Below, piece by piece: positions 14,983 to 32,068 of a DNA stretch of 64,000 nucleotides (positions are counted from its first letter, which is position 1; each line of letters opens with the position of its first letter). The translations under genes were made by a program, and so were the position numbers. Source of the stretch: Schmidtea polychroa (Eukaryota); the NCBI GenBank assembly GCA_044892525.1, contig CM097885.1:40550001-40614000 (forward strand). The letters are read 5' to 3'. Under the pieces are notes generated by a model. The model was given only the letters and a program-made list of their open reading frames with translations. It was not told the origin of the DNA and did no database searches.

Positions 14983-15634
14983 TTCTGTATAAAGGTGATC
15001 TAATGAAAAGTCTATAAACCCTCTAAATACGGTATAATGGAAAAGGTCCACCTAACAGTTAAAAATACGATGGGACGAGTAGAGTGTGATGCAGAAAAAG
15101 TTGTATTTTTGTACTACTGTCTTCCGAAGAATGGCGTTAACATAGATTCCGTTCCTACAAATCTTAAATTATAACATATCAATTACAGCGATATCAATTC
15201 AAGGTTCCAAGCCAATCTTTGGTACAATCACTGGTATACACATTTAAGATAAGTGACGGAGTTTATATAAAATCTAGAGAAGCTCAATGTTTTACACAAC
15301 AGACACTTGGAAATATCATCGGCGTGAACTCTGAAACACCAATAACTTTGAATGGAATTATTCGACAGGTAATGGACATCATATTGGTCTCGATGAATAT
15401 TAATGAAGAGAGAGTAGTCAGTAGTTCTTCTGATGAAAACAAAAACAAAAGTGAGAGTAAGTCTTCATTTTCAGATCCAATAAGCCTAGATCCTCAGATT
15501 CACGAGTTGAAACGGTCGGACCAATTTCACAGATCTCCGAACTGGTTAGAGAACTATGTCTGAGCTTGAGCTCGGGTGGAGGTGTAATTATTGCATAAGA
15601 ATGAATATTGTTTGAATAATTGGACAAAAGTGGC
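14983..15634 (+). mobile_element. Gypsy integrase 3' end, polypurine tract and LTR start; inverted copy of about 11259-11890
   Basis: ORF 15219-15563 has the same protein sequence as ORF 11310-11654; GGGTGGAGG is followed by TGTAAT at 15583. Confidence 0.75.
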
Positions 15635-16016
15635 TGTTTTCAAATAAAAAGTATTGTATTTTTAATAAACTTTATATGTTCAGTTTTACTGGAAAATCAC
15701 AAATACTTAAAATCTTTCATGAATAATATTAATAATTTAAAAAATTAAAAAAAAATCGAAAAGAAATTTTAAAAATTATAAAAAATTATTTAAATTAGAC
15801 ATTAAAAAATTGAATTTTTGAATTGATTTTTAAAAAGATTTTTTAATTTATTTAAATATTTATATTTTGTGTGATTATATCAAATGAACAATAAGAAAAA
15901 GAAATGAAAATTTCAATTAGAAATATCAATTAAATTTCTTAGTGAAATATACAGGGATCAATTTTCAATTAATAAACATTGCAGAAGTGACTTAGCCATT
16001 TATTCTAATTATATTT

Positions 16017-16168
<152 letters not shown>

Positions 16169-17859
16169 AATTTTTTTATCTATGTTACTTAAAATTGGCC
16201 TTTCTAAGTGTTCTTAATTGCATGTTTCATAACATCTATTAACGAATTTTATGTGATTTCAGTTGGCATATTCATCCATTCCAATTTTTCAACGTATTTT
16301 AGCAGATGTGACAAATTATTTGTACAACTTTGTACTATGGAATAAAATTTCACATTTGAATGAAGGCATTAATAGTTTGATTTGCTTTATTTCTTTGTCA
16401 AATTTCTATTCAATATCTTTCCGTTTTGCAACCTTCGGTCAAACTGGTCAAACTATCCATTAGACAAACAACATCCCTCAAGTCAAAACAAGCTGAATAT
16501 TTAGTAAAAACAAAACAATTTAACAGGCGACCTCTCACCTCTATGCTCAAAGACTCTGTTAATTAAAATATATTAATGAACATATTTATTTATTTTAAAA
16601 TATGCGTGATTTAGTTGTAGGATATAAGTAAATATCATCGCGTTCCATAAACATTACGTAGCAATATAATTGTCTAATTCTAAATTAAGGAAACCATACG
16701 ATATTTTCTTTTATTTAATGTTGCAATAGAATGTTTTAGGTATTTTAGCCATCTTATCATTAAAATCCTTTCATATGTTTAATGATGTATTATCAAAAAC
16801 TTGGGAGGACCAATTGTAATCTTAAAATCGAATTGTGATTCCCTGAACATACATTTATTTCAACAACTTTCTTTCAAATATAAGTAAAAATTCAAATTCT
16901 AAAATGTTTTCTATTGATCAAAATAAAATTAAAAAGTGTTTAAAACATCAAAAATATTAATATCATAATATTTTTATTGAAAATTTAGAATATAAATAAA
17001 ATATTTTTAAATGAAATGAAATTTGTTTTTTAAATCTAATTAAACAGTTTAAAAAAAATTTCTTAAATTAAAAGATTTAATTTACTGAAAATTAAGCTAA
17101 GCAACATTTAAATACTTTCTAATTAATTCTTCAAATAAATTCTTTTAAAATTTAAATCAGAAAACAACCGATTATTAAATCATGCAATTTTTGTAAAATA
17201 TTTATTTTTATAATGATAATAATAATAATAATATTAATAATAATAATTTTTTTTAATTATTAATTAATTAGCTAGCTACTTAGATATGATGTTAATGTAT
17301 TATATAACAAATTTATTGTTTTAAGCAAATATTGTTCTGAAAGATATTCATAATTCGTAATAAATTATTTATAAAATTAGATAATTAGCTTTTTGTTTAA
17401 TTACTCATCGATAAATTGTATAATGATTATAAAATATTAATGTCGGCAGTCAATATATCGTACCACTCTCGTCACAATAATAATAATAATAATAATAATA
17501 AAAATAATAATAATACTTTCTTTTTCTGAATTTTTTAAAAATTTTATTTAAATTTAAAATTAAAATTAAAATTAAATAAATATCATTTAAAATTCGAAAT
17601 GACACAAACTAAAATTTTTTTAAATCTTTTATAAAGCTTCTATAATTAGCTTCTAGAAGCCTAATAAAATATTTCAAAATATTTTAAAAATAAAGCCTCC
17701 AATAACTATTTATATAAGCTATTTAAATATTTCAATAAATGTGTCAATTTTGATTTTTAAATCCTATCTTTTGAAAGTATATTTCCTAAAATATTCTATA
17801 TTATTTTAATTATTACTTTTTTTAATTTATTATATTTTTTATATATTATCAGTTATTCT

Positions 17860-19080
17860 CAAGGTCAATGACAACAGATCAAATTGATGATGAGATGTTT
17901 ATGATGAGAATTGCTTCTTTGAATCCGACATTTTTCTTTTGGATGTTTCCATTAGCTATGATTTCTATTGAAATATTTTTTTCCTCTGTTGGTTGATATT
18001 GTTGGAGATGTCTGCCCAACGAGGATGTTCGACCAGGATCTAATTGTTCTTTAACTCTTTGGTGCAAGGTCCTGAGGGTACTTCCTATGTAGATTTCCTT
18101 GCATACATTGCACGTGATACAATAAACGATGTTTTTTTCTAAAGCACATATCTTTCGGTGTCTGGAAGTTTTTCATTGTGCAATTCTTTTTCTCTATTTG
18201 TGTTGTTTGCCAGAGTTTTCCTCAATGTCCAAGATTTATGCGCTATCCGAATTGGAAGACCAGTACGTTTAAGTTCTTTCAGGATTTTGAAGTCGAGTAT
18301 GTCACTGATGAATGGGATATTAAGATATAAATATTTCTTCTTCTTGTGTGTTAATTCCCTAGATCTTTTTGGGGTAGAATTCATTCTTTCAATGTCCTCA
18401 CCTTGGTATCCGTTTCGGTGTAGGATTTTATTGAAGTTTGATTGTTGTTTAAAGTTTCCGTTTTCTTCAGTGCATCAATTGGCTATTCTTCGTTTCTCGT
18501 TTCTTATGACATGTACTTTCTGTAAGTATGGAAGTGCTGATCTTTGGTGCATAAATATTTCTTTGCGAGCTGGTTTTCTGTAGAACCCGTATGTTGGAGT
18601 ATTTGCTGCTATTTTAATTCTCAAATCCAATAAATTGAGGGATCCATTTTCTTCCGGATATTCGATTTCGAACTTAATATCTCGGTGAGCCGCATTGAAT
18701 GTATGAAATATTTCCTCCGCTTCTTTTCTGCTTTTGGTCATAATGAAGATATCATCTACATATCTTGCATAGAAACCGCTGGGTTGTATGGTCCTCAGTC
18801 TCTGTCGTTCGAGGTTGTCTATAAAGATGATTGCTAGCAGTCCTGATATGCTACAACCCATAAGCAGACCTTTAACTTGTTTATAGATATTTTGCTCAAA
18901 GGTAAAATAGGTGTTCTCGAGGATAACAGTAAGAAGTTTGGTGATATTCTCGGTATTCATTTCCTTTATTAACGAGTTGCTTTCTCTAAATTTCTTTTCT
19001 AAACATTGAACAGCATCTTTTGGTTCGATAGATGTGTATAGTGATGTGACATCAAGACTGAATGGGTATTTGAATTCTCT
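17860..19080 (-). mobile_element. 5'-truncated Penelope-like retroelement (RT plus GIY-YIG endonuclease), disrupted
   Basis: RT motifs SLDVTSLYTSI, KQVKGLLMGCSISGLLA, YARYVDDIF, LNLLDL and FYRKP, followed by NIVYCITCNVCKEIYIGSTLRTLHQRVKE at about 18135-18050. Stops and frameshifts lie between the segments. Confidence 0.9.
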
Positions 19081-21792
19081 ATGAGAAGTTATGTTATTAT
19101 TTAAAATTAAATGCAAAATATAATACACTCAAAATATTTTTCAAAAATATAACTTAAATTTTTTTAATTTAAACTATTTTTATAATACTGCACCTGTGGT
19201 TGAAATTTATTTACCTTTATTTAATTTTATTTTTAACCTTTTATATTATTTGTGTATTTATAAGTCATGGATATATTAAATGAATTTTATAAAATATAAT
19301 AAAATTTGTTTATTTTTCGCCGATCTCACATCTTTCCAAATGGTTCGTACCCAATTTAATGTTATGAAAATTTGGAATGCATCCTTCACGTTAAGCAGGG
19401 AAATACTTTTTGCAAATTGTAAATTTTTGTTATGAAAAATTTAATTTTTGAAATCAATTCAATTTAATAATTATTATTTCAATGTTTAAAACTCGATGGT
19501 TTTGTTTAAATTTATTGAAATCAGAAATATTGCGTGTCAATTTTACTATTCTCTTGAATTAGAAATTATTTAGTTATTTAATTATCCAAGCGCTTAATAA
19601 TCCAATTGAAAAAATTGTTTTTACTTACAATCATAAGTAATAGAAAATATTTAATTTTGAAAATTTCACGCGCAAATGAATAAAATTATTTTTCCACATT
19701 TTTAAATATCTTTTCAATTTTATTATTTTAAAACAATTTTAATAATGAATTATCACCGGGAAAAAAAATTAAGTTTAAGAAATTTTAACTGCTTTTGCGG
19801 TTTGTTTATATTTGTGCAACAAAAAATGAGTGTGCATGATAAATTGAACGAGAAAAATTGCTCCCACATAGCTACGCAACTGAAATAATTCACAGTGTTA
19901 GAGTTTAGGAGTTTGGTTGTTTAAACGTTCTAGGGTTACTGATAGATTTATCACTAAATGTTTCTTAAACGCTTTCATGACTATTTTACTTTCTAGCATC
20001 CGATCATGTTGGTAATGTACACAGTGGTTGAAAATGAATAAGCAATTGTGCTCCATGAAAAGCACTATTCTTATTGTATTCTTACTCTCGGATTTATGAA
20101 TGCCGATAGAAAGTCACACGTCGCTTTTTTATTATACTTTCATTTCTGGGATTATTATCTTGTTCATTTAGTTTTGGTCCTCATTGGTTGATGTTAATGA
20201 TGGTTTTTATCTTTCGAAAATTTGAGCAGGGATCTGTCCTTATTTCTTGTATTAATAATTTATTCTAGGATCATTAAATGATTGTTAAAGGCTTATTATG
20301 CTTTTCGTTTTAAGCATATGTGCAACTAAAACGTTAGAAATTCGATCACTAGATATCCACGGTGGCTTAACCTATTTCAAATTAATACGGAATCTATGAT
20401 ATTGGGTGGTTTTATTATTTACTCTACTAGTATTATGTCACATAAACATAACTTACGGTTCCACAAGCATAAAATGATTTAACAAAATTCATATTTTCGT
20501 AGACTAGAGCTCAAAAACTGAGAGGATAAAGTTATGAGAATTGTTAATGAAATCTTTACATTTTTTGTAGATTTAGATCCAGACTTGACTCGAAAGAGTT
20601 TTCGAATTTTGGGATTCACTCTATCTGAGATCTATAAAACCCGAGTCTTTTGAAACTTTAGCATAATTCTGAAAATTTTAGACTAGTATTGCACACATAC
20701 TCGAGTACTGCCTGCTATAGTCGTTTTATTTTAAATTAAATAAAAATTTTTCTTTCTCTACAGTTATTTTATTTTCAAAACACACACACACACAAGTGAT
20801 TTTTAGTCTGTGTATTATTAGTTATTGCGCATTCTATTGATTGTTTAAAACAATTAAAGTAATTATTGAATCATTTTTCTTTTCATTTTGTTATTTCTTT
20901 TAGCAATTTTAATATGGAATTTTTTATAATCTTTATTTATTTTTTGTCTATTATTTCTTAAATTCTGCACTTTAGTCATTCCTCTTCGTATGTAAATACG
21001 AGCCATAACTCTCCGCATTCATTTGATTTTGGTCCTTCGTATGTAATAATCATTCTTAATTTTTTTCTCACTTATTCGTTCTTTTATTTATTATTCTTTT
21101 CTTTTCGAATTCGAATTCGTTGGTGATTGAAAATTCTTGCGCATAGCATTTTAATTATTTATCCTCAATATGTTGTGTATTTTACCTTGAATTATTTAGT
21201 GTTTGATCATAGATTTTAATTCGATTTGGAACAGTTTTCATCCTATATATTTGATGTATTCAAACAAAATCTCAATTTTCCAGTTCTAGCTCAATAGTGA
21301 GAGAAATAAAATCGAAAATATCAAATTATTCCATTATTCAATTAGGCATACATATCTACAATAAAAATATGGTGAATTTTTCATTATATCTTATTGAATA
21401 TTTTAAGTACTTTCGAGTTCATAGATTTAATAATTTGATATTCATTTCATGTCATTTTAATCACAGGTTAAAACAAAAATCAAATTTAACAATATAAAAG
21501 TGAATAAAAGTTAATTCCACTGCAAAATGTTATGAACTCCAGACATATATGATTTATTTTTCTTCTTATTTGAACCAGATAGGGATATTTTTCAATTTTG
21601 ACAACTGTTTCACTTTGAAAATAATTCTCATCAATCAAAATATTTTAATGTAAGAAATATTAAATTATCTCAACTGAAAAAGAGAATTCAGCAGATTTTT
21701 ACAATAAATTCAAGTCAAAAATTCCTAATATCAACAAGAATAATTTATCGTAAAATAATATTTTATTCGATAGTTTTCTCTTTCGGTGCGCT

Positions 21793-21795
<3 letters not shown>

Positions 21796-21876
<81 letters not shown>
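21796..21876. repeat. (TA)n microsatellite
   Basis: Direct reading. Confidence 0.95.
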
Positions 21877-21882
<6 letters not shown>

Positions 21883-22372
21883 CGCTTTTAATTGTTTTAA
21901 TGTGAATCGAACCATTATATAAGTTTTGGCGTCCTAGAGAAGTTATAACCAGGCCTTATAGCATGATTAACGGTTATGTAAGTATTTCTTTTGAGGAAAT
22001 TTATTACATAAATTCTTTATTAACTAAAGGTTTTTTAATAAAACATTTTGTCTAAAAATCTTTAAATTATGCAGCTAAAATATTGAAACTTTCATTTATC
22101 TGATAAAGTTATTTGTTATTTTAATTTTTTCATCAAAACAGGATAGTTAAATGTTTTTTTTATTTGAATAAATTAAGAACATATTCTGAGTAAAATGGTT
22201 GCGGAAAGTTTACAACTTTTGATGCCATCATTGAATAAAATCATGTTTGCACCTGGTATATAAACTCAGAGATGATTTTTAACACCAATTTTAAGACGTA
22301 CTTAAATTTCTAATTTTAAAAACATTGACAAAGAAAGATTTTAGTGTATTATTAATTTCAGATAAATAAATT

Positions 22373-22457
22373 ATCATAAATATATCATAAATATATCATA
22401 AATATATCATAAATATATCATAAATATATCATAAATATATCATAAATATTATCATAA
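22373..22457. repeat. 11-bp tandem repeat (ATCATAAATAT)n
   Basis: About 7 consecutive units. Confidence 0.9.
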
Positions 22458-22820
22458 AAATAAATTTGCATTGTTAAATTTTAATAATTTTTTAAAATGT
22501 AAACTTTTCAGCGACCGCAAATAAAATTTATTTTGAAATAAAATTAAAACTTTAAAATGAATTAAAGGATTTAAAAAATTATCAAATGTAAAAATTATAA
22601 TTTTTATGAATTTAGCGATCTTTTCTTTTAATTTAATAATTTTTAAAATGTTTTTATTTAATGTACTGTTTTAATTTATAATGAATTAAAGTTTTTCTTG
22701 ATATTCATACATTTATGATATAAAAACATGTTTTTATTAATAAAATTTGATTTTTTCATGAAATTTACTACAAGATACCAATTAATGAAAAACTGGTATA
22801 AACACATACGATAAATGATT

Positions 22821-22882
22821 TCGATTTACGTCGTTTTGATGTGCATCGTCTTTCTACGGTCCCAATTAACGACGTAAATCGA
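22821..22882. repeat. 15-bp inverted repeat, probable tiny MITE remnant
   Basis: TCGATTTACGTCGTT (22821-22835) and AACGACGTAAATCGA (22868-22882). Confidence 0.6.
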
Positions 22883-23389
22883 GGTTTTAATGTAATTAAG
22901 ATTTTCAACACCTCTATCCTTCTAAAAATATAGAAAATGATAAATTATAATTTTGATAAATATTAAATATTTCTTTTGTATAATTCAACTGACGAACATT
23001 AATTTTGTTTTACTATGGTAATAAAATTGAAGCTTTTCATATCATCAAGTGCCATATATATTACCATATGAGGCTGCATAAACAATAAGGTGTCTTACAT
23101 AATCTTACAATAAACATATTTTTGAAAACTGTTGGTCTTCTCAAAGTTGATTACTGGCACTTATTTAGAATATCTGATAACGATTTTGAAACACATTGGA
23201 GTGAATCTTATTAACCTGAGAAAAGGGTTACGTTAAACCTTGATAGTATTTTATTGCCAAAATAAAGTAAACTATCAAGACTGTTACGAAACCTACTAAC
23301 GAATATTAATACAGAAATAATAGCTGCTAATTTGCATGAGTATTATGTAATGGGTTGTATTAGATACTATTATATCTACTAACATGTAG

Positions 23390-25366
<1,977 letters not shown>

Positions 25367-26344
25367 ATATTTAAATAAAAAACATTTTTTTAAAAATAAG
25401 AATTACATTGGGCAATTGTAAAAATATTTTCTTTACATTTTTATTATACAAATTTAACGGCCTTAAAATAATAACAAATTAAATAATATATTAAAGTTTT
25501 ATTTTTACTTACAAAATGTTATTAAAATAAATAATTACATTTAAAAATTTTATTTAAAGTATAAAAAATATTAAAAAACATTTTAAAATTAATCTTTTCA
25601 AAAAATCTATTTATAAATAATTAATTATAAATATATTTAAAATGCTAATTAAATTGTTAGTTAACATAAACTTAAGACAAATATAAAAATATAAGAAAAT
25701 TTCTTCGTGCATACTGATATTTCACGAAAATCTATTAAAAATGGAAATATTTAATGAATAAAATAATAAAACTTTATTTAAATTTAAGTAACTTTAAATT
25801 GTAAGAAATTCAAAAATAATTCATAATTTCAAAAATTCGAATTTTAATGAAAATAATTTTTGACAAATTAATCACTCATCTAGTTGGCTTTCACATCAAT
25901 TAATATTTTAGATGACGTTGTTTCATAAAACGGATGTTTTATGAATGACGTTAGAACGATAATAAATTATTTATCTTGTGTCATCTTTGATTTGTTTTCT
26001 TTTCTTTTATCATTTCATTTATTTTTATTATGAATAAATATCAATTTTTTTCAAACATAAGTCATATCATATACCACAAATTTATTTTACAGAAGGGTAT
26101 TATAAGAGTAACAGCTTAATAATTACACAATAGGTCAAGATCATTTCAAGTCCAGGGTCAAATTAAAGTTTTTAAGGATCAAAATTTAAGGGAAAAGTTT
26201 AGTTAGATCTATTTAATGGTTACAAAGGTAAGTTAAATGATAAAGAGGTTGGTTACAGAGTTGAATTAGATGTAATTAAGAGTTGGAAAGGGCTTAAAAA
26301 TTTAGTTAATAATTGACAATCAAGGATATTAAATAATAATAATA

Positions 26345-26640
26345 TTTTAAATTTGGTGAACCATTTCTGTGCCGCATGTTTGGTAATGACATCTTCTCCG
26401 TTTGGGCACCACGGTTGAACAAAAATGGCAAGTGGTGTCAAAAATTTAGATGTATGTCAACTTGGCATTCTATTATTGAAACTAAAAATAAAAAGTAATT
26501 TAATCTTTAAAATAAACTATGCCAAGATTCTGGTTGAATAAAGAATTTGTTTTGCAAACACACACAACACCTCGCTTAACACAAACAAAATGGCAGCAAA
26601 AATAAAAGTGAAAAAACCATTTTGGTTGATCCATAAAATC
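26345..26640 (-). mobile_element. Mariner-type transposase N-terminal HTH relic
   Basis: GEDVITKHAAQKWFTKFK resembles the mariner HTH consensus YGEDA.S.RT.QKWF.KFK. Confidence 0.6.
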
Positions 26641-29090
26641 AAACTGTAATGATGAACACATTGTCATAAAATTTTATCCATTTATCTGATTTTCCCATAA
26701 TTGTAAAAATATTCTATGTTCGCTTTATCAATATTTTCTTTTAATTCATTTATTTCTTTTGTATTACTTTGCCACTTGAAATTTCGATCTTCTGATGACA
26801 TTGCTAATATTTTCGTTTTAATTTTCTCTGCTTTAGCATCTATGTGATTCATTTGATTTTTGTGTGCACTTTCCAATATTCAGTGGTGAAAATGCATCTG
26901 TATTATTATGTTTCTCACCTTTGCGATAATCATAAATCACATCCAGACTACTTAAGACATTTAGCAAATTTTGAAATTGAGCTGTAACTGGGTTTTTAGT
27001 TTAACATAAATGCGATTGCTTTGTGATGAGTTCTCAAAATAATTTATTTTCATAAAGTTAAAGTTTAAATTGTTGGGAAAAATAGAAAACAGATAATAAT
27101 TCTTTTCTCTTTATAAAATAACCAATTTTATGTTCATTCATACTTTTCAATTCATATGCTATTATCTTTTCTTTATTATTGCCACCTTTTTGGAATAAAA
27201 CAGCACCAATACAATCGAAACTAGCATCTGTATTCAAAATAAACGTTTTATTAAAGTCCAGATGGCAAAGTAATGGTGTACTTGGCAAACTATGTTTTAA
27301 TTTACCAAGAGCTCTATTACATTGTGTCGTCCAAGCAATAATTTTGTTTTTGATATTTATCAAATATTTCCATAGTCTAGCTATCTTTGAATAATTTTGT
27401 ATAAATTTTCTATAGTAATTGTTTATTCCCAAGAAACGCCTGAGATGTTTTACACAGTTAGGGTTTCACGTTTTCTTGAGGAAACCAAGGAGATTCGAGA
27501 TTAAACCCAACTAAATTGATATCAAATGTTGAAAATTTAATATTAAAGCATAATGTTTATCCCTCCAACTAAAAGACTTTATTTTTGGTTAGTTATTTTA
27601 TGTAACAGATTCTAAAATTTAATTTGCTTCGTTTTTATTTGAATTTAATTAATAAATGTATAAAACTTACTGTGAGTTTTAAGTTTTTCACACTACACTT
27701 CATTACAGTAAGAAATTTAAATCTTTCAAAGTGACTAACACTATATTAGTGGTTAAAAATACATTTGAAGTTGATGAATTTGCAAACATCAATATCAGGT
27801 AAGCAATAGGTCTACCCAAAACCGAGAAACCGGGCTAGGGTCCACGATACAAAAACGTTTTGGAACCTCTGATCTAACCTATTAGAAGTGTTGTGTATAC
27901 CAGGCAAAGATAGAATAACAGTCAATGGTGGCAGAAAATATATACTTCTTACCTATCATATATAGATTATATCTTACCATCTAGATATTAGCTACTTGCT
28001 AGACATAGTTTATTAATTATGTAACCAAAAAACTTCAATACATATTCTACAAATTTGCATTGTTCTGGATCAACTTGAGGTCCCGATTTTCTAATACGAA
28101 GAAAAGTTTCTATTATTGTGTTCCTCAACTATTTTTGAAAATATCAGGATATTGCCTAAATAGACTTATGCTTTACTCCACATCATATGTCCAATTATCA
28201 ATGTCATGAGCTTTTAGAACCTTGAAGGAGCAGCAGCTATTTCAAAATTCGTCATATTAAAGAAAAATTGATCTTGTCTTGAAGAGAATGTTGTTTTCAA
28301 TTTACTTTCCTCATCCAATTCAACTTGATAATAAGTATTTTCTAAATCTATTGATGGCCCATTATTTTGCCCCATTCAAAGAATCTATAATTTTCTCAAC
28401 ATTATGTTTCGGAAAAGCTGCCCGAATCATATTTGAATTTAAAACGCTAAAATCTAAACACATTCTCTTGCATAAGTTCCATTTTTCGGCATACATATAA
28501 TTGGGAAATTCTAATGTGATTCACATTTTTCTATTATTTTATTTTTCTTTAAATTATTAACAATTTCTTCTAACTTTTCTTCATAGTACATTGGTTGTCG
28601 ACTCACAACTTGTTTCAATTCGGTGTTTCAAAATATTTGTTTTGTCTATATTCCATTTATTACACATAAAAATATCTGAGAACTGAATGATGATTTCATA
28701 TACAGGATTGCAACTTTTAATTTTCATTATCTCATCTAAAGTTCATTATTTTTCTTATTATTGCCGCAAAATTTTGCATGTAAACTGGGGACATTATCAT
28801 TATGAAACTCTACTAACTTAATATTCAACTCATTTAATAAATCTATTCCTATTATCACTTCTGGATATATTTCTTTGACTTCAAAAAAATCAACGATTAT
28901 TTTCTTATAGTTAAATTCGATCAGCAAAGAAACTTTCACTAAAATTTGTAACATACTACTGTTGGCACATGATATTTTTTTTATTTCCTTCATTAATGTG
29001 TTTTATATTCAATTTCTTAGCAATTTCGAAATGACACTTATTTGTGCACCTGTGTCATAAAGCGAACAGAAATTTCAATTTAATTAAATA
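26640..29090 (-). mobile_element. Decayed Ty3/Gypsy pol (protease, RT, RNase H) with internal insertions
   Basis: Minus-strand motifs: LYDTGAQISVI (about 29060-29030), RMCLDFSVLN, IDSLNGAK, VYLGNILIF (degenerate YLDD), GINNYYRKFIQNYSKIA, FILNTDASFDCIGAVL, KELLSV. Confidence 0.85.
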
Positions 29091-29091
29091 T

Positions 29092-30163
29092 TGTTGGGGT
29101 TCCGCTCTTTCTAAGAGCAATTTTAGATAGCCATGTAGAGGCTAGGACATAAATAATAATAAGTATAAATAATTAATAATTACTAAATTTAGAATAAATT
29201 ACTATAAATAGTTTAGGTAAATAAATAATTACTATATCTGGAATAATTAATTACTATATCTGGAATAATTAATTACTATAAATAATAAATACAAGTTGAA
29301 TAATTAATTTATAAATAAATTACTATAATTATTATTTACAATTAGCAAATTAGCATAAATAAAGATGAACTTGAAAAAACGGGGAAATAAATTTTTATCT
29401 GTGCTGACAAAATCGATAACGATTAAACAGCAATTTACAGAAAAATTCTATTCAACCAGTTAGTGCAATTTATCACTACAGAGAAAGTAGCAGGAGTCAC
29501 CAAGGCAACTAATCAGTCACTGCCACAAAAATTTACTATAAAAGCCAGAAACAAATTCCTTTAGCCAGAAACATTTGTTCAAGCAATTTTGCTTAGAATG
29601 AAATATCAAACCCGAAGATAAATTAAAAAGCTATAAAGCTTCTTAGTGAATCGATCAAAGAAAAGTGAAACCGACCAATATTCTTAACCGTGAGGTTATT
29701 TGAATATTTGATTTTAAATAAAAATAATTGCACAACCCGGCCACGAGAAGCAGCATTTCTGTCTGCCTTACTCGTTGGAAATTAAATTTTCAGAGGGTTT
29801 AATATAGGTAACGCTAGATCAAACTTGATCTAGTTGATCGCGCAAACTTCGGGAAATCCCTCCTTTTTGTTCCAAACTTTAAATACAGTGCAGTGAGCAA
29901 TTAGATCCAGCATTTGTCACTTTTATCTGAGAACGGTTTGTATAACCGATATTCTTTCCTTATAGTATTTCAGCGGCATTTTTGGGAAACATATTATTTA
30001 CATTTGTATATTAATGCATAATTAATAAAGCTCTTATACTCAAGTCTCGTTTAATTCATATTCAATTATTTATAATTACACGCACCTATTTCGTATTTAT
30101 ATCTTTGGAGTCAGATATAATCTGTGTTAGGACAAATCAAATCCACCTGATCGGAACCTAACA
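29092..30163 (+). mobile_element. Solo LTR (1072 bp) inserted just upstream of the Gypsy protease remnant
   Basis: Termini TGTTGGGGTTCCG...CGGAACCTAACA; ATAT on both sides (29088-29091, 30164-30167); internal 22-bp tandem repeat; AATAAA near 30024. Confidence 0.75.
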
Positions 30164-31269
30164 ATATTATTAAAAGATCTTCCATCAATATTACAATATT
30201 CGATATCACATACATTTCATAACATTTACATGAGAATTATGTTTAAATATATTTATAAGCCAATCAGTCTTATCGTTATTACTTAAAAATATAGAATTAA
30301 ATTTATTCATGTTATTAAAATTAGTATATAAAAATATTATATTATCAAATTATTGATTGGGGAAAAAATCAATATTTATAGTAATATTATCAAGCAAACA
30401 ATCAGTCAAAAATTCAATATTTAAGGTTCTCAAAATGTTCTCATTGTTTACATTTGATTTTTTGCTCCTAACATATCACCTTCTGCTTGGAGCTTTGGCA
30501 TTTCCTGAAATTTCAGATTGTTCATTATAGTCTTTTAGATCATCGTCGTATACTGAAGCAATTTGTTTGGGCAATTTGCTCATTTTTCGATTGCTTGCCC
30601 TAATTTAATTATTCATTGGCTGAGTCCATTGCCTCTAGCTAATTTGATTGACCACTCGGGTTCTCTCACACTGCTCAGGTTTTCCATTGGCTCGGGTTTC
30701 CCTTTAGCTCGAGTTTTCTATTAGCTAATTAATTTTTAATTAATTTTAGTTTTTTGTAATTATTTTCTTCTAGAGATCTCCTATTTACTTTATTTTTATC
30801 ATATTTAAACTCGTCTCATTGTTCGGCATCCGGCCATATCATTTTCCCCGGTATATTTTAAATTTTTTTGATTTTTTATTAATATTTTTTACTTTAAATT
30901 ATTATTGTGATTTTGATGTTTTTATTGTTTTTTCACCTCATTTTCTGTCTCTCTTGTTAAACCTCAACAAAGTGTAAAAATATAAAATATAGTTTATATT
31001 TAAAATGAGTCATTAATGTCAAAACATTAAGTTTTTTATTTTATTTGCACCAGGCGAGTATCTAATGCGCTTATGCGTAAATGCTCAACAGGATAAACCT
31101 AATGATAAAGGCCAAAAGACTGAACACCAAATTATCGGAAAAATTCATGGAAAAATATTTAAAGCACATAAATATCTCAAATTATAAAAAATAAGAATTA
31201 TTATAAGAACTTTATTTCTTCCAATTTCACCACTGATTATTTTATCCATTGAATTAAAAAGAGAGTTTG

Positions 31270-32068
31270 ACGACTATAAATCAGTAATATATCGATGTTT
31301 GTTGATACTCACGAATTTTCAGCACTGCCTTGTTCAAGTGAATTTGATCATTATTACATTAAATAATTATTGTCTGATCATCCCCAACATATATATATAT
31401 GAGTTACCAAATTGACCACTTTCTATGATGAGTTATCCAAAGATGAGCTTCTAAAGGAAATACCAAGGCTGAGAAGTCATATAAAGGCAGCAGATATTGA
31501 TTTACAAAAAGCCACAGACTGATGTTCTGAAATTCATAAATGAATGGGACTTTCTTGAATCTCTCCCAATACTCTCATTGAGCCTACAATTATTTCTTAC
31601 GATCTGTGTGTCTGTTGCTTCATGTGAGAGGAGCTTTTCAAAACTGAAACTCATAAAGAACTATTTACGCTCAACCATGGGACATTCAAGACTTTCTAAT
31701 CTGGCTCTATTATCAATTGAAAGTGATAAGGTGAAAGATATTGATTTTGATGGTGTGATTGACAGGTTTACAGCCTTGAAGATCAGAAAGGGAAACCTTT
31801 AAATAAAATAAAGTTTAATGACATTAATGTTAAATAACGATAATTTAACTTTGGTTTACCTGAAGTATAAAAGTTATATTGTTCACTTTGAATATGTTTT
31901 CTTTTTCTGTCCTTATTTGACTTATTTTACAAACACTACTATATTCCATTATAATGATTATAAATGGTCTAGCAATGGAACACTCGGAAGACCATGGTGA
32001 TTCAAGTCTAGAGGGATGACACCAAAAGTGTACTGCACTGGGTGACACCAACACCAGCGACGTCACTG
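31270..32068 (+). mobile_element. hAT transposon 3' fragment (C-terminal dimerization domain and right end)
   Basis: LFLTICVSVASCERSFSKLKLIKNYLRSTMGHSRLSNLALLSIE; GC-rich subterminal GG(G)TGACACC repeats ending ...GTCACTG at 32068. Confidence 0.9.

Noticed and set aside
16263..16463. SHLNEGINSLI as a possible KH-domain piece (EHLNEDLHVLI)
   Set aside because: Only a 4-residue match, without the flanking conserved motifs or suitable splice sites.
22195..22256. Candidate upstream exon of the Quaking-like gene (MVAESLQLLMPSLNKIMFAP)
   Set aside because: Donor phase (1) is incompatible with the phase-0 QUA2 exon, and it has no KH motif.
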